A stretch of 64,000 nt of DNA from Eledone cirrhosa. Its lineage: Eukaryota. The notes under the pieces are model-generated. The model was not told the origin of the DNA. It searched no databases and saw only the letters and a list, made by a program, of their open reading frames with translations. This document shows, piece by piece, positions 12,590 to 23,400 of this stretch; the first letter of the stretch is position 1, and each line of letters opens with the position of its first letter. The translations under genes were made by a program, and so were the position numbers. The stretch spans positions 21,886,001 to 21,950,000 of the forward strand of contig OZ024761.1 in assembly GCA_964016885.1 (NCBI GenBank). Reading direction: 5' to 3'.

Positions 12590-13190
12590 TGGTTGGTGGT
12601 GGTGGTAGAGATGGTGTGGGTGGTGGTGGTGGTAGAGATGGTGTGGTGGTGGTGGTAGAGATGGTGTGGGTGGTGGTGGTAGAGATGGTGTGGGTGGTGG
12701 TGGTGGTAGAGATGGTGTGGGTGGTGGTGGTGGTAGAGATGGCGTGGGTGGTGGTGGTGATAGAGATGGTGTGGGCAGTGGTGGTGGTAGAGATGGTGTG
12801 GGTGGTGGTGGTGGTAGAGATGGTGTGGGTGGTGGTGGTGGTAGAGATGGTGTGGGTGGTGGTGGTAGAGATGGTGTGGGCAATGGTGGTGGTAGAGATG
12901 GTGTGGGCAGTGGTGGTGGTGGTGGTGGTGGTAGAGATGGTGTGGGCAGTGGTGGTGGTGGTAGAGATGGTGTGGACAGTGGTGGTGGTGATAGAGATGG
13001 TGTGGGCAGTGGTGGTGGTGGTAGAGATGGTGTGGGCAGTGGTGGTGGTGGTAGAGTTGGTGTGGGCAGTGGTGGTGGTGATAGAGATGGTGTGGGGAGT
13101 GGTGGTGGTGGTAGAGATGGTGTGGGTGGTGGTGGTGATAGAGATGGTGTGGGCAGTGATGTCGTTGGTGGTGGTTTGGGAGTGGTTGGT
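12590..13190. repeat. GGT-rich minisatellite (GGTGGTGGTAGAGATGGTGTGG)
   Basis: Tandem repetition; explains the Thr/Pro/Gly/Val ORFs. Confidence 0.95.
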
Positions 13191-13261
13191 AGGGGTATAC
13201 ATATACATATATATATAAATGGGAACAAAGAACTAGTATTGCATCATATACATATTTAATT

Positions 13262-13353
13262 ACATATTACATATGTTTCACTGTCGATCAGCTCAAGAAA
13301 CAATCGCATCATGTCCGATACTGACTCTGGAATCAGGAGCTCCTCAGATATAT
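13262..13353 (-). ncRNA. Candidate hammerhead-like motif with long stem II
   Basis: Minus strand reads ATAT-CTGAGGA-GCT...~55 nt...AGT-GAAAC-ATAT-GTA^ATATG. Stem III is palindromic (ACATATGT); stems I and II are weak. Confidence 0.4.
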
Positions 13354-13502
13354 ATATATATATATATATATATGTAGGAGGTGAGTTTTATTGTAGTACA
13401 ATAAAGCAATGCAGATATCGGATAAGAAGCACTCTACAATTTGTAGGACTGGAGTATAAATAATAATATATAAGATCAAAAGATGGTTAAAAGAGTTTCA
13501 TG

Positions 13503-13573
13503 TATTTTATTATGCGCATTTCAAAAACAAATATCATCATGCAATAACATTTGCGTTTTCGTCAGATAAAATA
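13503..13573 (-). ncRNA. Minimal type I hammerhead ribozyme (left arm; sense to the BLTP2 pre-mRNA)
   Basis: Exact reverse complement of the 13692-13762 motif. Confidence 0.8.
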
Positions 13574-13691
13574 GGGAGACATGATATGAAGGTTAAAACA
13601 CACTTGTGAATAGTGCAGTTTTAAATCAACATATGTTGATTTAAAACTGCACTATCCACAAGTGTTTTTTAGCCTTCATATCATGTCTCCC

Positions 13692-13762
13692 TATTTTATC
13701 TGACGAAAACGCAAATGTTATTGCATGATGATATTTGTTTTTGAAATGCGCATAATAAAATA
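13692..13762 (+). ncRNA. Minimal type I hammerhead ribozyme (right arm)
   Basis: Stem I TATTTTAT/ATAAAATA (8 bp); core CTGACGA 13700-13706; long stem II AAACGCAAATGTTATT-GCAT-GATGATATTTGTTTTT; GAAA 13743-13746; palindromic stem III ATGCGCAT; AUA triplet, cut after 13754. Confidence 0.82.
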
Positions 13763-13790
13763 CATGAAACTCTTTTAACCATCTTTTGAT

Positions 13791-13823
<33 letters not shown>

Positions 13824-13869
13824 TGTATATAAATATATGTTATATATATCTATATATATATGAGCAGGA

Positions 13870-14080
13870 ATCAGCAAGCGCTCACAGGAAACAACAAGCT
13901 CCATTAAATGTTCAGCAGGCCCCATAGAAGTAGTTGATAGCTTCTGTTACCTGGGTGACCAGGTAGTATGGACATGTGATTCGTATGGAGGATGATAGCT
14001 ATATAAAACGATGCTGGTATAGTCGACAGAAACTATGGAAGAGGAAGACTTGGGATGAAGTGATAAAAGCTGACTTTACC
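13870..14080 (+). mobile_element. Degraded RTE-clade LINE fragment
   Basis: Translates to EVVDSFCYLGD and then YGHVIRM, followed by a G-R-K-T-W-type C-terminal motif. Confidence 0.65.
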
Positions 14081-14314
14081 CAATTAACCCTTTAGCATTT
14101 AAACTGGACATATCCGGTCAAAATTCGCTCACCTCTTTCTGTTCAAACTGGCTGTAACCGGCCACTTATACTGATGTTAAGGTATTATCTCAAAATAATA
14201 AATTCGATACTATGTGAGATAATTATGTGAGTTAAAGACTTTACTGTGGAAATATAATAGTAAATATAGAGTCATCATATATACATATACATATATCATC
14301 ATCATCATCATCAT

Positions 14315-14640
14315 CATTTTAAGTCCGCTTTTCCCTGCTTACAAGGGTGGGACGGGAATTGATTCTGGCTTGATTACAACAGCTGGATGCCCTTCCTAAC
14401 ACCAACCTCATTTACAGTGAGTGCTGGGTGCTTTTTTTTCCGTGGCACCTCCACAACCACTTTACAGTGGAATGATAAGGACCCCAGTCCCTATCATCTC
14501 ATTTCTACAGCTGAGTAAACTGGAGCAATGTGAAATAAAGTGTCTTGCTCAAGGAAACAACACATCACCCGGTCTGAGAATTGAACTCATAACCTTTCGA
14601 ATGCAAGCCCAACGCTCTAACCACTAAGCCATGTGCCTCC
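14315..14640 (-). mobile_element. tRNA-derived SINE (family B; CORE/V-like centre, (ATG)n tail)
   Basis: Head GGCACATGGCTTAGTGGTTAG...GAGTTCAATTC, centre TCCTTGAGCAAGACACTT; near-identical to 49910-50233. Confidence 0.88.
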
Positions 14641-14965
14641 ACGTAAATGGTGAAAGGTTAAACCTCTCAAAGGAGATGACAGAGGATTGAGATCTCTGGT
14701 ATTTGCTGCACTGCAAAAGAGCTGCATTCCCACGTGCACAGGTTGAAATAATCTACACCCAATCTTCTCTTTACTCCTCCACCATTCCCCCTCTCTTGTC
14801 ATAATGCCCCACACACTCCTCACTAAATATCCAATGCCCCTCGTCCATGTCAAACCTGCTTACCTGTCCCCTCCTAAACCCTCACTCCTGATACATCTCT
14901 TCTGCCCAACCTATAACATACAAGCAGGAAAGCTGGACATGCTCCACATCTCATATATATATATA

Positions 14966-15114
14966 TAGAAGTAGTTCCACAACAGTTTCACCTTATACGG
15001 ATCTTCAGCTCGGTAATTTGTTCTCGGTATGGTGAACTGTTGTGGAACTACTTCTACCAAACTCATCCCATGGACTAAGTGCTCTACTACTACGGATATA
15101 ACCCACCAGTGTGC

Positions 15115-15118
<4 letters not shown>
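14966..15118. mobile_element. Short fold-back element in (TA)n with a hammerhead-like core
   Basis: Arms 14966-14992 and 15031-15056. Minus strand reads CTGAAGA-TCC..GGT-GAAAC, but the triplet is GTG. The right tail is homologous to 51600-51675 in opposite orientation. Confidence 0.6.
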
Positions 15119-15172
<54 letters not shown>

Positions 15173-15177
<5 letters not shown>

Positions 15178-15306
15178 AGGTGGTTAAAACTAGTTAGACC
15201 ATTACTCACCAGAGTACTCGATACTTGGGGTAGTAGAGTGGGTTATATGAAAAGATTGGGACCCCGACAGCTGAGCTCCTGCCGTTTCAACAGCTGGATC
15301 CGAACT
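15173..15306 (-). mobile_element. (TA)n-inserted fragment of the 31881/57751 family
   Basis: Shares CACCAGAGTACTC.ATACTT.GGGTAGTAGAGTGGGT and GACCCCGAC.GC.GAGCTC..GCCGTTTC. Confidence 0.7.
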
Positions 15307-16479
15307 ATATATATACATGTAATAATAATAATAACAATATTATTACACTCTGCTTAGTATAACCCTTTCATTACCATATGTTTGTAGTACTATACTATAG
15401 TATAGTATAGACTCGTAACACAGTGTGAGTTTAGGAGCATTTGGCTGCTGTTTCTAGCAGTTTAAATGACAGTTACATCGTGTGATATGAGGGGTATTTG
15501 GCTGCTATTTCTAGCAGTTTACATGACAGTAATACTGTATGATTTGACTGCTATTTCTACCAGTTTAAATGGCAGTAACATCAGGTGATGTTATTTGGCT
15601 CTTATTTCTAGCAAATTTAGTGAACCGCAGAGAAGCCTCCCTCATTCATTCGTCTGTAAATGTTGTCAGGGAAGGAGGGAACAGTCTCCATATGTAATTA
15701 GAGTTGTTTAGCCCCGGGTTGGCCCTCAGCAGGCATACCCATGATCAAAGACGTTCCAGATGTGACAATACCGATGTATCCTTTAGCTATTAAATGACTG
15801 TGAAGGGAAAGGAAGGAGTCGATCAACAGATCGAACCAAGAAAACAATATGTTCATAGGTCTTTCCATTGCTGATATCACATGTTGGTCACAACAACAAC
15901 TGGGAGAAAGAAGAGACAGGATTTGAATAAAGGGCGAAATGAACCGGAACAATTCTAAAGCTCTAACGACTCTGACAATTCACCGCCTTTAACAATAACA
16001 GACTATAGTTTGTGAGATATTAGAGAAGTTTAAAGAAGCCTCCTTCCTTCACTCGTATCTATAATCAGAGACATAACGAGGGGAAATAGCTCCTATGACA
16101 AGCAGTGAAATTATGCCCCTACCCAGCACTGTATGTTTACCTATGGAGGTCTAATAATTTATATAACTGGTTTAATGATCCAGCCACCATAGTGTTCTCA
16201 CCCATGACAGACACAGATCATACATCTGAAGGAGTTTCTTTATCCACTCTCCTACGAGGTTTATTTGACTTTAATAGAACCTGTTCATAGTCCAAGTGGT
16301 GCCCATGGAACGTTCCATGCTTGCTATATCCTAGTTACACCTCTGGTTATAAGTTAGGTTAGGTTTGAAGGTTCGTAGTGGCAGGGTTCATTATAAAGTT
16401 GATCATTTGCCTCGAACCAGCCCTCATTACATAGACAGTCATATGATCAAAGATTACATTACACTGTCCAATGTACTTG

Positions 16480-16670
16480 GATTAGCAGAATCGGTAGAGC
16501 GCCCGATAAGATGCTTTGCGACATTTAGTTACAGCCTTTAGTGTTTTTAGTTCAAATCCCACCGAGATCAGCTTTGCCTTTCCAGGGGTCAATAAAATAT
16601 AGTACCAGTGAAGTACTGGGATTGATACAATCGACTTTCTCCTCTTCCTCGTGCTTAGGTTAGAAATAAT
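16480..16670 (+). mobile_element. SINE family A, diverged copy
   Basis: Head TAGCAGAATCGGTAGAGC, B-box GTTCAAATCCC and family core. Confidence 0.75.
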
Positions 16671-16849
16671 TATAACAACGGCTGTTGTTTCTAGCAATCT
16701 GAAGAGGCCTGTGAAGAGACTCCTTGTCCTGGATAAAGCTAGCAACAGTTGCTATAGGACCTACAGTTTCAAGGGAGGGGCCGGGCTAAGTCCATTATAC
16801 TAGAACAATACTATACACTATAGTACAGTTCTATATAGTACTAATATAC

Positions 16850-17662
16850 AGTATAGTACAGTACGATACTATACTGGACTATACTATACTATATTGCACT
16901 ATACTATACTATATTGCACTATACTATACTATATTGCACTATACTATACTATATTGCACTATACTATACTATATTATACTATACTATACTATATTGCACT
17001 ATACTATACTATATTGCACTATACTATACTATATTGCACTATACTATATTGCACTATACTATACTATATTGCACTATACTATATTGCACTATACTATACT
17101 ATACTATATTGCACTATACTATACTATATTGCACTATACTATACTATATTGCACTATACTATACTATATTGCACTATACTATACTATATTATACTATACT
17201 ATACTATATTGCACTATACTATACTATATTGCACTATACTATACTATATTGCACTATACTATATTGCACTATACTATACTATATTGCACTATACTATACT
17301 ATATTGCACTATACTATATTGCACTATACTATACTATATTGCACTATACTATACTATATTGCACTATACTATACTATATTGCACTATACTATACTATATT
17401 GCACTATACTATACTATATTATACTATACTATACTATATTGCACTATACTATACTATATTATACTATACTATACTATATTGCACTATACTATACTATATT
17501 GCACTATACTATACTATATTGCACTATACTATATTGCACTATACTATACTATATTGCACTATACTATACTATATTGCACTATACTATATTGCACTATACT
17601 ATACTATATTGAACTATACTATATTGCACTATACTATACTATACTGCACTCTACTATACTGT
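16850..17662. repeat. (ATACT)n pentanucleotide satellite with ATATTGCACT variants
   Basis: Direct repetition; explains the YTILY ORFs. Confidence 0.97.
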
Positions 17663-18731
17663 ACAATGCCTCAGTATTTCTTCCAGCTTTCTGTGTAGTC
17701 GGAGTTCAAATTCCACCGATGTCAACTTTACTTTCCAGCCTTTCCTGATCGATAAATAAAGTACCAATCACATAGGGTCGATTCTATCTCTCTCATATAT
17801 ATATATATATACACATACACACACACATATATGTTCCGACTTGGAGACGGATGGGCTTCAGGTTTAGAATGTGCCAGGTGGACGCCCTTAAGACAACATC
17901 GGGTTTTAAGAGCGATTTACAGTGTATGATAGTGGACCCAGACTAACCTGATCTGGCAAATGTTGGTAGGTGGGCTGGGTTTGAAGTTTGGAAGGGGCTG
18001 AGTCCCTTATTTAGTTAGTCGGGGGTGATAATGTGTCATTAGTTAAATAAATAAATTAATTAAATACTTGAGTCTGATGAAACTGGTGTGATTGTATGGA
18101 ATATTTAAAAACAGATAATTTAATTATTAAAATACTTTAAGACGACTCTGTAGAGGTGTGTCAACCAGTTTGGCTTAATTAGAGGGTTAATTAGCTTGCT
18201 AGATATATATAATTAGTTATGACAAAACACCTAGAGTCTACAGAAACTAGGAATAGAATTGTTTTGATTATAAATACTTGACAAAATTTGTAAAATGTTT
18301 TGTAGGAGAGGTGGGTTCTAAGACTTTGAACTTGAGGGAGGCCCTTCTTAAAAACTTCACGGGTTTCTTTCAGGGGTTGAATTAAGCTTATACGGGGACC
18401 CTGGCAGAGGTTTTCACCTCGGTATCATTATATAATATTGAAGGGAGCAAAACAAATTCATTTCGCGAGCCCTTTAAATAAATACCGTGATGTCCCTGTT
18501 TACATACAGACCTGTATATATATAGATATACATATATGTATGTATACATGTATATATACAGATATATAAATATGTATATATATATAGATAAAGAGATATT
18601 CTAGAATATGTGATGTACTGTGGATGAATAAATCTAAAAATAATGACAACAATTGACAACAAATAATAACTGTGGAGTGTGGTGTTGTTGTGTCAAAAAT
18701 AAAACGAACAACTTTAGAAAGAAGTACTGAC

Positions 18732-18796
18732 CTGGTGAGTATCCATAGAAGGAGGAGGATGATAATAATACCGGACATCCATAGAAATACCGGCAT
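18732..18796 (-). CDS. BLTP2: BLTP2/KIAA0100 coding exon 1: MPVFLWMSGIIIILLLLWILT(R), N-terminal membrane anchor
   Basis: Start context aacATG and phase-2 donor ACCAG|gtcagt. Hydrophobic helix resembles the recalled human [23 protein letters not shown]. Joins in frame to 3769. Confidence 0.85.
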
Positions 18797-18950
18797 GTTA
18801 GATAGTTTTTAAACAAACATCTAGATTGTTTTAATGTAGCTTCGCCGTCTTTACGGCTAAGGTTCAACTGCCGTCAATGAGTTTACACTTACTGTCGTTA
18901 GAAAGTCAGATGATGAGATTTTCTATTCGTTATTGTTGTTTGTACGTTAA
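18797..18950 (-). promoter_or_regulatory. Probable BLTP2 5'UTR / proximal promoter
   Basis: Unique CpG-containing sequence directly upstream of the ATG; TSS not determinable from sequence. Confidence 0.4.
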
Positions 18951-18952
18951 TA

Positions 18953-19232
18953 GGGCGGTGGATTGGCAGAATCGGTAGAGTGTCGGACATGATTTCTGGC
19001 ATAGAGTTACGTCCCTTTACATTCTGAGTTCAAATCCCACCGAGGTTAGCTTTGCCTTTCATCTTTACCGCGTTGGTATTAAGTACCAGTAACGTACTAG
19101 GATAGATTTAATCGACTTTACTCCCCCGAAAAATTGTTGGCCTTGTGCCTAAATCAGAAACCATTATTTACGGCTTTTAACGTTCTGAGTTCAAATCCCG
19201 TCCAGGTTAGCTTTGCATTTCACCCCTACGAG
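18953..19232 (+). mobile_element. SINE family A, full copy plus partial copy
   Basis: GGGCGGTGGATTGGCAGAATCGGTAGAG head, B-box and core. Confidence 0.88.
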
Positions 19233-19494
19233 GGGGGGGGGGGGGGGGTGATAGTAAAATTTACGACATTAACCGCTTTCTGTTACTTGTGTCGTCTGCC
19301 TCAACAATATGAGAGGCCTTACTGAAGACGAGGATAATATAGAAAGAGGGTGGAAGGGAATAGGAAATAAAAATTATCAAAACATCAAAATAAGTAGATA
19401 AGTACCAAATAAATGTTTATTTTCTTAGAAAAAATTGTTGGAATTTATCAAAAACATTAACGAATAATTTACAAAAAAAAAAAAAAATAATAAT

Positions 19495-19752
19495 AATTGT
19501 TTCTACTTTTGGCACAAGGCCAGCAAATACCCAGTACATTACTGGTACTTTATTTTATTGACCCCGTAAGGATGAAAGGCAAAGTCAACCTCGGCGGGAT
19601 TTGAACTCAGAATGGAAATAACTTTTTGCGTCAATAATAATTGTTTCTACTTTAGGCACAAGGCCAGCAATAACCCAGTGCATTACTGGTACTTTATTTT
19701 ATCGACCCCGTAAGGATGAAAGGCAAAGTTAACCTCGGTGGGATTTGAACTC
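19495..19752 (-). mobile_element. Two tandem 5'-truncated SINE family A copies
   Basis: Reverse complement of the core plus TAGAAACAATTATTATT tail, present twice. Confidence 0.85.
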
Positions 19753-19889
19753 AATAATAATGATTTCATTTATTAGCCACAAGGGCCGACAATAATAATA
19801 AGTAATTTATAAATTATCTTAGAAAATTCCGTCGAATTCGTTTTGAAAAAAAATGCGACGGAAATGTTTCTAGCAGAAAATATATGAGA

Positions 19890-20185
19890 ACTATAAAGTG
19901 AATTCCACACCAGAGCTATGATCTCTCAATTCGGAGAAGTAATGGCTTTACCTGGAGTAACTCTCTGATCTCGGAACTATGCACTCTATCGAGTAACGTT
20001 AAACCAGAGACCCTTCAGGGAGAACCCTGTTTTGGCTTCTTCTATTCACGATCTCTTTCGGTCATTACCTAAGATTCATGATCAAAGGTAAGGGTTAGCA
20101 CGAATACCGAATTGAAGATAGCGAGTTTGGCTTTTACACTTACATCCCTTCTTTTGATAACTGAATGCTGAAGCTGGCGCATTAC
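19890..20185 (-). mobile_element. RTE LINE fragment, same family as 33770-34512
   Basis: Shared GATCTCTCAATTCGGAGAAGTAATGGCT; peptide ...KAKLAIFNSVF. Confidence 0.8.
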
Positions 20186-20499
20186 TACACTATATATAAA
20201 ACAATGAAAAGTAATTTTGAAATCCATTTTATATGCGTATGAAGGGTGATGGCTGTATAAATAAAAATGCAGGGAGCTCAAAGTTGATGGAAGCTATGGA
20301 GTAGGAAGACTTGGCATGAGGTGTTAAAAGCTGACCCTGCACGATTGCACCTCTCAAAGGCAATGACACGGGACCGTGATCTCAGGCATTATAGAGTAAT
20401 ACAGAATATCTGTCTTCCCATATGGAGGGGCTGAGGCACACATCTAGTCTGCGCCACCTTCACTTTCATCACTTCCCGCCACCCAAGTCCCCAATCAAC

Positions 20500-23400
20500 A
20501 CTATAAAGTGATCATCTTGGTGCCATGACAGCTCTCACAACCACTGCCCAGGTCTTTTTTGGTCTACCTCTACTGCGGATTCCTTCCACGCCATTTCCTG
20601 GCACTTCTTAATCTAGCAATCATCATCCATGCACATCATATATCCATACCAACACAGTCTTCTCTCCTGCACACTACATCACATGTCCATACCATCACAG
20701 TCTTCTCTCCTGCACACTACATCACATGTCCATACCAACACAATCTTCTCTCCTGCACACTACATCACATGTCCATACCATCACAGTCTTCTCTCCTGTA
20801 CACTACATCACATGTCCATACCATCACAGTCTTCTCTCATGTACACTACATCACATGTCCATACCATCACAGTCTTCTCTCCTGTACACTACATCACATG
20901 TCCAGACCAACACAGTCTTCTCTCCTGTACACCACCTCACATGTCCATACCAACACAGTCTTCTCTCCTGTACACCACCTCACATGTCCATACCAACACA
21001 GTCTTCTCTCCTGTACACTACATCACATGTCCATACCATCACAGTCTTCTCTCCTGTACACTACATCACATGTCCACACCAACCCAGTCTTCTCTCCTGT
21101 ACACTACATCACATGTCCATACCAACCCAGTCTTCTCTCCTGTACACCACCTCACATGTCCATACCAACACAGTCTTCTCTCCTGTACACTACATCACAT
21201 GTCCATACCAACACAGTCTTCTCTCCTGTACACTACATCACATGTCCATACCAACCCAGTCTTCTCTCCTGTACACTACATCACATGTCCATACCAACCC
21301 AGTCTTCTCTCCTGTACACCACCTCACATGTCCATACCAACACAGTCTTCTCTCCTGTACACCACCTCACATGTCCATACCAACACAGTCTTCTCTCCTG
21401 TACACCACCTCACATGTCCATACCAACACAGTCTTCTCTCCTGTACACTACATCACATGTCCATACCAACACAGTCTTCTCTCCTGTACACCACCTCACA
21501 TGTCCATACCAACACAGTCTTCTCTCCTGTACACTACATCACATGTCCATACCATCACAGTCTTCTCTCCTGTACACTACATCACATGTCCATACCATCA
21601 CAGTCTTCTCTCCTGTACACCACCTCACATGTCCATACCAACACAGTCTTCTCTCCTGTACACTACATCACATATCCATACCATCACAGTCTTCTCTCCT
21701 GTACACTACATCACATGTCCATACCATCACAGTCTTCTCTCCTGTACACCACCTCACATGTCCATACCAACACAGTCTTCTCTCCTGTACACTACATCAC
21801 ATGTCCATACCAACACAGTCTTCTCTCCTGTACACTACATCACATGTCCATACCATCACAGTCTTCTCTCCTGTACACTACATCACATGTCCATACCATC
21901 ACAGTCTTCTCTCCTGTACACTACATCACATGTCCATACCATCACAGTCTTCTCTCCTGTACACTACATCACATGTCCATACCAACCCAGTCTTCTCTCC
22001 TGTACACTACATCACATGTCCATACCAACACAGTCTTCTCTCCTGTACACCACCTCACATGTCCATACCAACACAGTCTTCTCTCCTGTACACTACATCA
22101 CATGTCCATACCATCACAGTCTTCTCTCCTGTACACCACCTCACATGCCCATACCATCACAATCTTCTCTCCTGTACACCACCTCACATGTCCATACCAA
22201 CACAGTCTTCTCTCCTGTACACTACATCACATGTCCATACCAACACGGTCTTCTCTCCTGTACACTACATCACATGTCCATACCATCACAATCTTCTCTC
22301 CTGTACACTACATCACATGTCCATACCAACACAGTCTTCTCTCCTGTACACTACATCACATGTCCATACCAACACAGTCTTCTCTCCTGTACACTACCTC
22401 ACATGTCCATACCAACACAGTCTTCTCTCCTGTACACTACATCACATGTCCATACCATCACAGTCTTCTCTCCTGTACACTACATCACATGTCCATACCA
22501 TCACAGTCTTCTCTCCTGTACACTACATCACATGTCCATACCATCACAGTCTTCTCTCCTGTACACTACATCACATGTCCATACCATCACAGTCTTCTCT
22601 CCTGTACACCACCTCACATGTCCATACCAACACAGTCTTCTCTCCTGTACACTACATCACATGTCCATACCATCACAGTCTTCTCTCCTGTACACTACAT
22701 CACATGTCCATACCATCACAGTCTTCTCTCCTGTACACCACCTCACATGTCCATACCAACACAGTCTTCTCTCCTGTACACCACCTCACATGTCCATACC
22801 AACACAGTCTTCTCTCCTGTACACTACATCACATGTCCATACCATCACAGTCTTCTCTCCTGTACACCACCTCACATGTCCATACCAACACAGTCTTCTC
22901 TCATGTACACTACATCACATGTCCATACCAACACAGTCTTCTCTCCTCTACACTACATCACATGTCCATACCAACGCAGTCTTCTCTCCTGCACACTACA
23001 TCACATGTCCATACCAACCCAGTCTTCTCTCCTGTACACTACATCACATGTCCATACCAACACAGTCTTCTCTCCTGTACACCAACTCACATGTCCATAC
23101 CAACACAGTCTTCTCTCCTGTACACTACATCACATGTCCATACCATCACAGTCTTCTCTCCTGTACACCACCTCACATGTCCATACCAACACAGTCTTCT
23201 CTCCTGTACACTACATCACATGTCCATACCATCACAGTCTTCTCTCCTGTACACTACATCACATGTCCATACCATCACAGTCTTCTCTCCTGTACACCAC
23301 CTCACATGTCCATACCAACACAGTCTTCTCTCCTGTACACCACCTCACATGTCCATACCAACACAGTCTTTTCTCCTGTACACTACATCACATGTCCATA

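Larger units (their letters stand above)
13466..13799. mobile_element. 334-bp fold-back (palindromic) element in (TA)n, probably Penelope-like or retrozyme-like
   Basis: Spacer-less centre AACAT|ATGTT at 13632/13633; three arm mismatches seen; each arm holds a hammerhead motif. Confidence 0.8.

Noticed and set aside
12498-13259. Mucin-, extensin- or Gly-rich ORFs
   Set aside because: GGT minisatellite open in several frames on both strands
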